Made by a program: the position numbers and the translations under genes. Below are positions 51,166 through 64,000 of a stretch of 64,000 nt of DNA, piece after piece. The DNA is from the human T2T-CHM13v2.0 reference genome, Homo sapiens: NCBI RefSeq assembly GCF_009914755.1, contig NC_060926.1. One strand, given 5' to 3'. Positions within the stretch are counted from its first letter, which is position 1; every line of letters starts with the position of its first letter. Below the pieces are notes generated by a model that was not told where the DNA came from, did no database searches, and saw only the letters and a program-made list of their open reading frames with translations.

Positions 51166-51654
51166 CAAGACAGTAAGCATAAACCAGAATGGCTCTGGGC
51201 AAGCCAGACTTATGAGCACCCTGTGTGTCCATAAACTGCCATTAGTTCATGTGGAAACTTTGTCCCTTGCACTCAGGAGAACAAATTTCTCTTTTACATA
51301 TTGTGATTCCAAGTATGATTTCATTTGGAACAAAACTTTCCCCAGGGAGAAGGATAAATCTGAAAATCACAAATCCAGTGATCTAGAGAAAAATGGCCTT
51401 TGTTTCTAGAAGCACTGTGGCTGTCTCTTCAACTCCATAGCATGTAGAAAGGGCAGAAGCCAAAGTTCGAAATGTGGGCACCTACTTGGTGGTACCTGAA
51501 TACTGTGCATAACTACTGGTATCCTGGCATCCTAGCATAGTGCAGTGAGAACTACTGTGAGGTGGGAAACCCAGTGTGCATGCATCCATCACTCACCAGC
51601 AGTGGGGAAATGCAGTTGGCAACAGAAAAGAGTTTGTCCTTTCTCGGTCTCCAT

Positions 51655-51720
51655 GGGGAGAAAGAGAGAGAGAAAAAGAGAACGGGAGGAAGAAAGACAG
51701 AAAGGAAGAGAAAAGAGAGA
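51655..51720. repeat. GA-rich purine tract
   Basis: Direct observation. Confidence 0.85.
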
Positions 51721-51924
51721 TCACTCATAGCTGTAGGATTGAATTCAGTTCAGGAAATCTTTTACTCACTTGGTTTAGAAATGGTCTGCTTGGAAAGAGA
51801 AAGCCTCAGCTTATTTCCACCAGTCTTATTTTTTTCCCTCTCTTCTTTGCTTGCTTTTTCGTTTTTGTTCCCACGTGCTTCTCCTATGTGTATACCTGGG
51901 GCATAGAGCAATGCAAAATTCCAG

Positions 51925-52030
51925 AAATATAAGCCCCTTCAGGCCAGGAAACTTTTCCGACGTGTTCAACACGAGTACTTAGAACACCATTTGGCACATA
52001 ATAGGTTGTCAAAAAAATAGTTGCTGAGTC
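51925..52030 (+). mobile_element. L2 3' end
   Basis: ataagccccttcaggccagga..agtacttagaacaccatttggcacataataggttgtcaaaaaaatagttgctga. Confidence 0.65.
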
Positions 52031-52484
52031 AGTAAAGGATCAGCTCAACTGAAAAACCCAATAGACAAGACGTCTGGCTGCCTGGAAAGGATGAAGGCTG
52101 GGGTATGAGCAGACACGGGTGCAAGTGCATTTGCCATCTGTGGTCCCTGCTCCTGCCACCCCAGCTCAGCTTCTCAGAGGGTGCTTCTGCCACACACTCA
52201 CTCTCTTCCCACTTTAACCTACCGTTTTCCTCTTACATCTAGATTGTTTTACCAACTTGCTATGCAGGAACCTCAAAAACCAAATTAGGTTTATCTTCGT
52301 TTCTTTTAAAATGGAAAGAGCTTTGGAATAAGCTACAAGAAGACTGTCATATGAGTGTTTTTAAGGGGCAGGATTTAGCAGTACATGAGTCCTTGTACTG
52401 GAGCTCCGTGGAAATTTTGAATGCATGGTTGCTGCTTGAGATTTTCTACAAGCTTCCTTAGAACTCTGAAGAATGTTAACTTGG

Positions 52485-52743
52485 TACCACATGTTCTCAT
52501 TTATAAGTGGAAGCTAAATGATGAGAACACATGGGTAGACAGGAGAACAACAGAGACTGGGGCCTACTTGAGGATGGAGCGTGGGTGGAGGGAGAAGATC
52601 AGAAAAAATAACTATTGGGTACTAGGCTTGGTATCTGGTTGAGGAAATTATCCATACAACAAACCCACATGACACAATTTTACCTGTATAGCAAACCTTC
52701 ATATGTACCCCTGAACTTAAAATAAAAGTTAATTTAAAATAAT
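52485..52743 (+). mobile_element. L1PA13-16-like 3' end, severely 5'-truncated
   Basis: taccacatgttctcatttataagtggaagctaaatgatgagaacacatgg..tgtacccctgaacttaaaataaaagtt. Degenerate TSD agaatgttaactt/agaattttaattt. Confidence 0.92.
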
Positions 52744-52789
52744 AGAATTTTAATTTAGGTCAGCCATTATGTCAATGATAGCCAGTGGC

Positions 52790-52942
52790 AATAGCAACAA
52801 TAGTTCACATTTGTTTTAGTTCTTACTGTATGCCAGGTATTATGGAAGGCACTTTAGACGATGTAGCTCATTGAATTTTCTCAGTCATCCTATGAGTTAG
52901 GCATGCTATCACCACATGCTCAGGATAAGGAAGCTGAGACAA
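52790..52942 (-). mobile_element. MIR SINE
   Basis: cttactgtatgccagg..aaggcacttta..ctcattgaatt..cctatgagttagg..ataaggaagctgagac. Confidence 0.75.
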
Positions 52943-55900
52943 GCTTGCATTTTCACGGGAAAGATCTCGGTGGAATGAGACAAAGCACTATAACCTGTAG
53001 AGGACCGTTGTGTGATTTAGTAGACAAAGGAAGGAATTGTGTGATAAGAACTGAAGATGAGTGGCCTCTGTTTGTACCAGTCCTCTTTGTCCTTCTGTGT
53101 CAAGGTAAATTATGCCTTTTGGAATTAATTCGTTGAGTCTCTTACCTTGCACTTACTTGTTTTGCTTAAATCATAGAATCATAGCTCAGAATAAGGTCCA
53201 TTAATGTCAGCTTGTCTACATTCCCAAAGCAGGTAATACTAAATCAAAATTACATGAGAATATGTTCTAAAACAACTGTGTGCTTTGCATGTTCTAGACG
53301 GAATGCTTGGCAGAAATACCAGGATAATTTAATGCCCCAAACAATTCCTCAAGTACTTTGTATGTTATGTGATTCACTCTAAATTTGAAGAACAAATAAA
53401 GAGACAAACTGATAGAGATTTTTTTTTTTTCACAGTAAACCAGAAAGTCGATAAGAGAGCAATGGATCTCACCAAGATATATTATTGAAAATGTCAAGTA
53501 AAATCCTTTGTTTTCTAGTTAACGCCAATATAGAACTTTTAAAAAATGCAATCTTAGTTCACAGTATTTTAAAATAACATAGAGATACATCTTAAATCTA
53601 TGTGAATTTAATTCTGTGAATCTTATACAAAATTACAATGACTCTTCTTTTTTTCTATTTCCTCATTAGCAGATGCTTTATTCATTTGGTCTTAATATCA
53701 AGGTTAAACCGAACTTGACTATCACTTCAGCCTCTACGTGCCCAAGGTTAAATGTAACATATGCTCTATTCTTGAGCCCTATTTATACTTTTAACCATTT
53801 GTCTCATGTATTATAACTCCCAAATACACCATGAAAGGAAGAAATTGGAAACTTAACAATTTTTGAAAGCATCAGAATCCAATTAGATACTCATCTGATT
53901 CATATGCTAAATCTGCAGGGAAAACACAATGTAAAAATGAGCTATAATTGTTTTGGGAAATGTTCCAGAGACACCAGCATCATTTGCAATAAATTATTGT
54001 GGCCTTCTTTTTCTTGTGTTTCTTTAGCTATTGTAATTACAATATTGATTACCTCTGAAGGATTAGTCCATGACTAAGTGAACGTAACTTGCTTTGCCTG
54101 GGTAAATCAGCAAACACCACACATTGTTGATTACTAACATTTACTACCAATTAGTAACCAGAGAATAACCAATCACATATCCTAGGCTTTAGATATTTTG
54201 GATTTATGAGAACCGCTTCGTGCTAATGTGGAACACTTCTTTCCCAATGCAGGTGGAATATTTCATTGAATTAACAGAGGTCACTATCAACATTTTAGAT
54301 TTTCTTGTTTGCTAAGAAACAAAACCCGGGAAGACCTACAAATGAAATAGATTTAGCATTCATGCCCCAGCTCTGATCAAGTACCTTAGAGCTTCAAGAA
54401 TAATTCTATTAACTCACTTAGCGTTACACTTAGCATAACGCCCCAGAGTTTCCTGGAGAAGAACACAGGAAGAAACGTTAGTGATATACCACTGTTGCAA
54501 TAAAACAGTGGACTAGCCTGAGGATTGAACACTGTGGACCAAGCTGAATTTTGCATTTTCAGGCCTACCGAGAGCTCATAAATGCTCAGCCATGTGTTTC
54601 GTTTGCATTTACTCTTCTGCATGATCCTTCATTCTTTTTTTTAGATAAATTCAACTTCAGGTGAATGGAATAGGCTCAGATCAAGCCGGTGCATCTAGTA
54701 TTTAATACAGATTAAATACTTTCTCTCCTTTAAGGTAGAAAGAATTTTCCACAGTCCAGAGATCATTACTGGGAAATCCAGGGGCCCACGGAATGCTTTT
54801 ATTCTTCAAATAGTTCTACTACTACCTCTCACTCACCATTACTTACTCTTCTAACCATTTCCTCAGTGTTCTAATAAGTCTTTTAAATTCATATATTTTA
54901 TTTTATTTAAATTCATATATTTTATTATTTTATATTAAGTTTACAATAAACTTAATATACAACTTAATTAAAAGCATCAGTGAATTCACTCAAATGATTT
55001 AGAGTTTGAGGTCATGTTTGCTTTTATAGAGAAATACATTGTTTATTTGGATAAGAACATGACAGAACTGCCCTGCTGCACAGTGTAGATTTTACCCCAT
55101 ATCCTCCCAGCTACAATGAGCTTTTCCATTTAAATTATTATTATTATCTTTTTACTAGTGGAAGATTGAATAGAGCAATAACTCTCTGAAGTACTCTGTG
55201 GAGCCTCAATAAGTCTGGAAGATATCACAAATCGTTAGTTTTGGGGATAAATAGAAATGGATGCAATTTGGCCCTGCCCACATTCACTTAAACACACAAA
55301 CTCACACCTATAAAACTGTTGGCCTTTGTTTGTGGCTGTATACGTTGATGTTATTCTTCTGAAAAAAATCAACAAATGGCAAAAATCATTTATATTTTTA
55401 TGCATTTACAGTCCAACAAATGTCTTCAGAACTAATCTTTTCACAGAAATATAAATATATGCAATGGATATGTTCTTCCCCCACTATAAATAATAATAAA
55501 ATTTGGAATATTACACAAATACCAACGTTACTATTATAGAATCTATATAGAAGAGTAGCAATTATATCATATTTTTCCAAGAAAAGAGAAAATAGCTTCC
55601 TATGATTTCAACTATATAGATATGTATACAATATAAACATATATATTTTATAATATATATATAATATATATATACACAAAATGTAATAAAGCACACAGAA
55701 GAAAAAGTCTTATATTTAGATGGTAAGATGACATTAAATATTTTTAAAAATGTTATCTCATTTTGTCTTCAGTGAAAATAAATTCCTTAATTCTAAGATC
55801 AATGTTAAAATACTGTCATTGTGCAGCTAACCATTATTTGAAGTCAATAATATTAAAAGATACTTATTTAAAGCGCCAGCATCATCAACTTTAATTTATA

Positions 55901-58419
55901 ATTTGGCATTTGCCTTACTCAACTGTTTCTGGAAATTTATTCGTATAAAAATCGTTAGATTGAAAGGAAAGAGACCATGACATCTGTGTGAAGATGAAAT
56001 TTGGGGTGATGAAGGGAGCAGTGGAACCCCTATTTCCTTTTTGATAGGCCACAGACTTCACAATCTATTAGGCAGTGACATTTCAGTGCTGTGAAGCCTG
56101 CTCACCCTGGCACACAGTATCTGTTTGACGGTCCATTGTATTCAGCATGGTGAATCCGGAATTAGGGAGTGTTAGTAATTTGACATAGGCAGCAGGACCC
56201 CGGGGCATCCCATATCTCCAAGGCCCATCAAAGAGTGCCTGTTCAGGCGGAGGCCATTCGAATAGTGGAAATTAGGTCAGTGTGTTAGAGAACTAATTAG
56301 AATTGTCTTTTTATAAGAATCAGAAAATGTGTCCTAGAGGCATTTCAGTGATTGTGGATAAGATTTAAAAAAAAATGAACGGAGTTGTGATTTGGATGAG
56401 GAACCTGCTTAAAGGGAGAGACTGCCACTTTGACTCTTAGGAGATTTAGCCATATTTGTTTAATTGAGGCAAGAGTGAGTTACAAAAGTTATCCCAGAAC
56501 AAAATTCCTTTCCTCACTAACGTGGGGGGTGGACTTAGGTGTCATGTGGCAAATAGCCATTGCCAGCCCCACTTGTGGGCATGGGATACATTTCTCAGGA
56601 TGATCAAATTTTTATTTTGGAATGAGGAGACAGAAACCTTCTCTGTCTGCTGAAGCACCACTGATTGCCTCAAGCATCTGAGGGAAAGATGGGTCTCAGC
56701 TTGTCCCACACTAGGGACCAAATCAAACCCTTGGTGATTTTCATCAGCTTTAGGAGCAGGCAGATATTTTTGCGGGACCAGACAGGAAATTAGGCTATTA
56801 AATTACAGCTTTTCTCCGAGAGGCCCCGTCATTCTCCTCCCCCTTTCTACAGATGTTCTATCAAAGCAAGTCATTGTAGCCATTTATCTTGCCAAACTTA
56901 AAATACCTTCTCCAGAATTAATTTTTCCCTCAGTACTTGAGGTCTTTGTACTCTTTGTCTTGCTTCCCTGATCTTGTATGGATCTAAGATTAATTTGCAC
57001 TAGCTAGGAGTTCAACAACAAAATCAATTTCAATTGGGTCAGACAGGGTCACTCCAGGCTCAGTAGTGTGAGGAAAGAAATAGATGATTATCATTCCAGG
57101 AGTACAATGCTAAGGTCCAGTCTGAGGGAAAAGAAGAAGCACATTCCCATAAAAGCAATAAATAATTCTTTCTAAACTGTCAGAAACAAATAGGAATTGG
57201 CTTATTTTCCACCAGAGTTTCCAAAAACTATACATAAATAAGTAAACTATGCCCTTCAAAGGAAGCAGGGCAAATTAGCAAATGCAATTTGGCATATTCT
57301 TTGTAGAATTGCTTTAGGAACATATTCCAGCATTACTGATGGGCTTACTTTCCTAAGCTCACATTTTCCATACAAGAATCTTTTCTGGCATTCTGCACAA
57401 ACCAACTTAGACAGGACTTCTGAGCATACTTTCTGAAAAAAAAAAGTCAAACAATGATTATGTTTATTACCCTCTGTCATTGAAGTGTGTTGTCAGTGGA
57501 CAAGGCACTGAGTGAGTAAATTAAAATCAAGCTGTGTATCTCATTACTCTTTTTTTGCATTTTACTTGATTATCGAGGTAAAAAATTGAGACTAAAAACA
57601 AAGTTTTCTCTGTTTCTTCTTTAAAACCTGTAGAATCTATAATGGTTCTTGACAGTTTAATTGGTATAAAAATATATCAATCGCATGGGAAATATTCTTA
57701 TTAGCCTCTACTCCTCTTAATTCAAAATGTATTATTGGTTACCGGCTATGCAGAAATGCATCCTGTTGGCTATTGGGACAGACAAAAGATTAATCAACCA
57801 TGGGTCTTATTCTCAATGAGCTCATGTCAGAATGATCCTACAACTAAGAAATGTGGTGTTAATAAAGTAGGATTATTTTTAACTGGAAAAGGATGATAGT
57901 GCATTTACGATGTGTAAGTGATTATTTTAGGTAGTTGAACATATTATTTCATTCAAGTGCAACAGGCACGCTGGAAGATTATTGTATGGCTCTAACTTTA
58001 ATTGCACAGACAAAAATCTCCTCTAGCTAATTTAAGGAAAAAGAGATTTATTATACTTATTGGTTGCCAGAAGGACTAAAGAAAAGCAGCTCTAGACTGA
58101 GATCTGAATGTGGACGGCCATCATCACGTGTAGACCTGAGCCATCAGGGGAGCCACTGGCCCTCCCAAAATCAGGACATCACAGCTGTTTCTGAAAGCCA
58201 GCGTAGCTGCAGCTCCCAAAACACAAAAACAGAATGGGTTTCCCACACACCATCTCTACCCATAGGATGTATTTACAAACTCCAAAATTCCAACTAATTC
58301 TGGTTGGCAGATCTGACAATACATCTAAAATTTTAATTTCAGCTGAGTCTGAAAATTGCTGTTTTTGGCTTTCTAGCTTCTACACCCATGAAGGGGGTTG
58401 GACCGATCAACCAACCAAC

Positions 58420-58570
58420 AGAATCTGTCACAGTGGTTATTATCCCACTTTTCACAGGAGAGATGAAATTTAGGGAGGATCTACATATAACAAATACATG
58501 AGGTAGCAGGGCTGTGAGTCAGATATAACCCAGATACTGATATCACCACTCTGTTCCATTACTCTACCAG
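58420..58570 (-). mobile_element. MIR SINE fragment
   Basis: ttattatcccacttttcacaggagagatgaaatt..gtagcagggctg..aacccaga..ctga. Confidence 0.5.
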
Positions 58571-59787
58571 CTGGACAAACAATTATATTCTAAGTTATAA
58601 AATACTTAAGTCCAGAAGACAGAGGCACAGAGTATTTGTGGATTAAAGGAGCAAAAGGTACCAGGACTAACAGGGAAGAGGGAAAGTCCTAATGCTGAGA
58701 GTCACAGAGACTTTCTTAAGGACACAGCCACTTACCATATTCTGTGATAGACACGAAGAACTTAAATACATGTAACCAGAAAAAGAAAGGCCTTACAGAA
58801 AGAAAAGAAAAAATGGAGTAAAGACACAAGGCAAATGATTATGATGAAGTACAATTTTGGTTAGGGTACAGGTAAATGAGGAGGAGTGGGAGAAAAGAAA
58901 GTATAAAGAAATGTGTATTCTCATCGTGTTGGGCTTTGACCGTCAGTGTAGGCATCTGGGCTGTAGAACGTCATTTGTGGGTTTCGCAATGGGAAGTGTT
59001 ATGGTCAGGTTTATGCTTCAGGAAAATCAATCTCTTTATCAGTGTGCCTTAGTAATTGGATAAGAATTTTCCATAAAAATGTACTTACAATACAAACAGA
59101 ATTGGTTACTGACCCAGTTATCATGACAAGGCTTGACTCTCCTTTGACCTGGACATTTGGAAGGGGGCTATGAGAATGAAAGTTGGACTCAATGGGATAC
59201 AGATAGAGCTTCATTCAATTTAAAACTAGTAGAGTTCTGCTATTCACAAAACACACATGTTCCATAGATATTTTTATTATATAAAGAGGTAGGGAAGGAA
59301 GCCTTTGACGGTCACCAAAGGAAGAAAAAGATCATTGAAAAGTGAGAAGTGAATATAAATACTTACAAATTTCTTCATAAAAAATACCTAAAGGGCTTTA
59401 GTCCTGTATTTGGAAGATTTAAATATATATATATATATAGCACAAAAAGAGTCCATCATATAGCCTACTTGGATATACACAGCCTCACTAAAATGGTAGA
59501 AAAACATTCTCACATTTCATGTGACTGATAAAGTGTGAGGAGTTTCAGAATAAAATAAGAATCCACCCCATGGGAAGCCAGCCCCAGATGGGAGGCCTGG
59601 ACTAAACAGCTCTAGCCTCATGACTATAAATTTTGCAGAAGCAAATCCTACAATAAGGGCAGCAAAAAAGGAAGTAAACCCACTCTAATTGAGAGATGCT
59701 TATTTTGTGCTAAAAGTACTTGTTCTGAATATGATTTTGGCACAGAACTTGGGTTTAGGCCCATTGTTACACTGGAAACAGACCCAG

Positions 59788-59788
59788 G

Positions 59789-59838
<50 letters not shown>
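59788..59838. repeat. (GC)5(AC)20 compound microsatellite
   Basis: Direct observation. Confidence 0.97.
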
Positions 59839-59840
<2 letters not shown>

Positions 59841-60874
59841 CACACAGGCATCAATGGTATGCCTATTACCATAACTAATGAAAAGCCAGGGCCCAGGCAC
59901 TTGTCCCTCGCCCAGCTCTTAATGGAGGTTTGCAGAGCGCACATACAGAAGCGTGTCTCCAGGGCTAGTCCTGGCGAGGGAGAATTTCTGCTATCCTAGC
60001 CCTACTGGCAAGGCAACATTTAAAATAACAGAAAGAAATGAGAATGCACATTTATGGGCATGCTGTTAGATGAGACCAAGTAATAATTCAATTTAGTAAC
60101 TGCAACAGGCCTTTAAAAATATACATTGAAAATAATAGAAGTTTGTCATTTCCCACAAGATCATTGCTTTCTAATGAGCTGGGTAAGCGTGAATTTTGCT
60201 CATCCAGGTGGTGACCAGGAGGATGGGAGTGGGAGAAACTGAGAGTGGAAGTGTCCTTGGTCTGGGGAAGGGTAGGCCCAGAGCAGAAGGCCCGGTGGCT
60301 CTGCTGCAGGATTCAGGGAGAGAGGGCAGGAGGTGCCTGCAGATTTGAAATGAGTTTATAATTTAAAAAATGTTTCCAATATAAATTATTCTTCCCTTTT
60401 TCCCCCCAGTTGCTGAATGAGACCCATATTATTGTTAAGGCTGCAGCAAATGTGGATCTCCTTGGGCGTGCAAGGGGTTTGCTGTAGCTTCAGGGACCCG
60501 TGTGAGAGGAGAACCTGGAAGGGAATCTACGCATTGGATTGCATATTGACAAATGATAATAATAACAACAATATTTATTTATCAGAGAAAAATTAAAATA
60601 TTCTCATAAAAATCAGGAGAAAGAAACACCTCATTTGGCATCTGTACTTGAAAATCTGTGTCTTTTACATCCTTCATGTAGGCAGGTAGAAATGTTTGGA
60701 TTCTATGCCCTGGTCTGATGGAGCCGGGACCACAGGCCCAGGAGCCTTGTGCAGACCTCCTCAGTGCTGAAAATGATGCTCACATGAGGTGGAAAAGGCA
60801 TCTCCATTACTTTAATGTTCACTGTGAGGCAAAGTGTGGCACTCTTTAAAGCGTGTGGCCTCAAAGAGCTAAAG

Positions 60875-61153
60875 TACACACACATGCCTATGCACGTGCA
60901 AATGAGCAAATACGTCCATATATACTCATATAAGCACACATGCAGCTACACATACACTCAGACACACGCATATATGTGCAGGCATATGTATATACATATG
61001 CAAATACATATACGTGTATATAGGAGCAGGCATATATATACACATATGCATGTATATACATATATGTACACACATACACATATATGTATACACATATAGT
61101 CCAATAGTCCAATACATATGCATACGCAGATATGCACAGAGATATACATATAT
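60875..61153. repeat. Degenerate (CATA/TA/CA)n low-complexity repeat
   Basis: Direct observation; the source of several Y/H/M/C-rich spurious ORFs. Confidence 0.92.
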
Positions 61154-63329
61154 GGCTTCAGTCAAACTTCTCATATAGAACAAGACTGCATTTTTTCCTG
61201 GTAAACGAACAGAGTGTTTGAAATGATGTTTGACAACAGCAGGAGAGCACAGGCAGCCGGCACGCAACACGCCATGGTGCTGATAGAAACACACATGGGC
61301 AAACACCATCATGGAGGATCATCTCACATTATTTCTGGAAGCAAGAACCACACCTGTGCATGGTGAGGTCTTCTGTTATTGAGATTTTTATACGAAAGAG
61401 AAATAAGAATTTACATGAATACTTACCGACAAGCACATTTATTGTATCAGAAATAAAAAATAAAATACTTATTTAATAGTACAGATTTGGTGAAGTAAAT
61501 GGTGGTGCATAAGTAAAATGAAACAGTAAGCAGTCATTTAGGATGATGTTATATTAATATATATAGTTATGTATGAAGATAGAGTGAAATAAAAGTAGCT
61601 TATAAAACAAGTTATACACTATGAACCATTTATATAAGCAATGTTTAGAATTCAGAGCAGTAAATATCGTAATAGTTGCAGTTATTTTTGAAGTGAAGAG
61701 AGTAGAGGTGATTTTTGTTTGCATTCCCTTTGTAAGTGTTTTCAAAATATTTCTGACATATGATTGTATGATATATGTGCATGTACTCTGTCCTTCATAT
61801 TGAACACTGCTGTTTGTCTCTACGGGAATTTCTTCTAACTTTTCTATTTTCATTATGCAATGTCCTTCAGACCTGGCCATGATTTTTTTGATAGTTTTTG
61901 ATTTTAGTTTTGCTCAACATTTTGATGATATATTTTTAGCAACCAAATGTTATAAGACAAATTAGTAAAACAATAGGAAATCAAACTATGGTCTGTAACG
62001 ATTTGTTAAGTCCAGCAGTGAATTTATTAAGGTGTTTTACCAGAAGAAAAATTAGATTGCCAAGTGCTGTCGAGAGAGGGAGGTATCATTGCCAGTCCTA
62101 GGTCACAAAGCTGTTTTGTTGCTAATGACCTGAAATTCTCACTGAGCATGTTTACAAGTATGTGTGTATATGTAAATATGTATTCTTCCTATTGTATATT
62201 TAATCATCTATTCGCTTTGTTCAGTAGCCCTCCACTTCTGTTAAGATAACGCTTGAGAAAGAGAAATTTCCTGAGGTTTAGGCATTCTGTGTTTAGGAAC
62301 CATGTGCTCAAACGCTATTTCTTGATGAATTTCAAGTCTGAACTTCTAAGAATAGGGAAATGTGACACCTCATCTAAATAAAATGTAGGCAAGACGGTGC
62401 CACATGGGGAAGAATCCAAGAAGCCAGGATTTAAGTCCCAGTTCCATATTGGAAAATGGTTTCATTGTGTACCTGTTTATTAAACTCTCTGAGCTTTAGT
62501 GAACCGGCTACCAAATGAGCTTCAGAATGTTTTCTCTATTTCAGTCACATAAGTTGGCATAAGAACCAACTTATGCCAAGTTTCATGACAATTTCACTAG
62601 TGTAAATCTTTGCATATATCATAAATATTCAATTGACAAATAAAAGCAAGACATAATGCATTAATAAGAAATAATTTAAGTATAAATATAAGATGATCCT
62701 ATTATTATTACCTACATAATTCTCTGTTTCCTTATTCGGAAATGTTGGCTACTTCACGACACAGCTCTGCCTCTCTCAGGACTAATCAAAGCCTTGATCT
62801 AAAATAAGCAGGACTAAGAGGAGCTACTGACATCTACCCGCCCCCCATGAAAATGGGGTAAAGACCAGAGACAAAGTTTTCAATCTGACACACAAAGCAA
62901 AATTAAAACAATAATAAATAAAAATAATGATAAAAATATACACAAAACAAGTCGATCTTTATGCTAGTGTCAAGCAGTGTGGTAAATATTTTCTGTAGAT
63001 CAATTTATGGAATCCATACAGCAATCATATTGCTGACACTATTCATACCTCTATTTTATATATGAGGAAACTGACACTGATCAACTTGGCCAAGATTACA
63101 CAGGTAGGAACATATCCTGCTGATCTGGCCCCACCGGCAATGCACTTAGCCATTATCCTGTGCAACTTCTACTATCTTCAAATTATTCTGAAGAAAACCC
63201 AGGGGGAAATAGAGCTTTTTTAAATAGGCTGCTCTCATTGGATCCTGTATTCCTGCTATGACTTTTAGAGCACAGCTATGCCTTGATGAAAGTGGGAAGG
63301 GATTTCTATAAATGTCGTTTCTCTTGGGA

Positions 63330-63525
63330 AGGGTCTGGAGTCAGGTGGACCCGAGTGTTTAAATACACATCCTGCCTCTCATTAGCTTTGTTGCTGAGCA
63401 CTTGCCTTTTCCAAGCCTCATTTTCTTCACATTAAATGTAGAGAAAAATGAGTATTTCATGGGGTTATTGTGAAGATTAAATAAAATATCTATCAGTAGT
63501 CCTACTATAATGCCTTTCAGAGAAG
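63330..63525 (+). mobile_element. MIR SINE
   Basis: tctggagtcag..ccaagcctcattttcttcacattaaatg..atttcatggggttattgtgaagattaaataa. Confidence 0.75.
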
Positions 63526-64000
63526 GAAATCCATACATGTGTTATTCATTCTCCTGCATATCAAACAGGATCCCAAAGTCTATTGTGGTGTAGACTTTGC
63601 CCAGTGGGCACTGATTGGAATGTCTAACTGGTCTCCACTTTCTGGCCACTCTTTCACTCAAGTCTCTTCAATTTTTCATCAAAACACTGACCATCTTTTA
63701 TCAAGTTCTACCATGTTCCATTTGTTTACAATTTTTACCGAGAACCATAGAGACATGAAATTGAGGGTTTAAGTTAATGGTAGGGCTCAGAGCCAAAGTC
63801 AACAGACTCAGGAAGAGCTTTGTTTCTTTCTTTAGATTTATCTTTTATTCCTTCTTCTACTTATAAAGAAATTGTTGTTCTTCTCATTAGCTTGCTTAAG
63901 GCTCACCCTCGTTGCTTTCTGTTGCTTGCAAACCAAGAACTCCAAGAGGCTCTTCTTAGCCCCTGAAAACTGCCACTTCCACTAACACCCAGAACAAAGA

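Noticed and set aside
60703-61312. Overlapping Y/H/M/C-rich ORFs
   Set aside because: Artefacts of a low-complexity CATA/TA repeat; the same applies to 42932-43177 and 59648-59944.

Overview
Primate (human-like) nuclear DNA, AT-rich, CpG-depleted and gene-poor. It is not prokaryotic. I see no intact protein-coding gene, rRNA, functional tRNA or CRISPR array. The ORFs in the track are either chance ORFs or fragments of dead transposon genes (Tigger1 transposase, L1 ORF2). The window is a layered record of interspersed repeats, recognised by eye from remembered consensus sequences, so subfamily calls are approximate. These include six old Alus (J/S-type), a near full-length Tigger1, Charlie1, MER1A/B, MER2, MER20, several MaLR/ERVL LTRs (THE1/MST, MLT1, MLT2, LTR16, LTR47-like), an ERVL dUTPase relic, L1PA/L1M pieces, L2, MIR and a probable MamSINE1. 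Several local rearrangements are not explained by repeat annotation: (i) a near-perfect 57-bp inverted duplication of a MIR 3' end (11617-11858) that can fold into a long hairpin; (ii) a 72-bp copy of unique sequence from 1440 bp upstream captured inside a quasi-palindromic AT-rich array (49623-49694); (iii) an indel-free 28-bp-period array (12449-12588); (iv) a twin-primed inverted L1; (v) small tandem duplications. Repeat-poor, motif-rich blocks (about 9.4-10.7 kb, 45.2-45.5 kb, 47.9-48.2 kb, 56.0-56.3 kb, 60.4 kb) are candidate enhancers or lncRNA exons. The sequence alone does not support a new multi-gene biological system, and I could not identify the locus.
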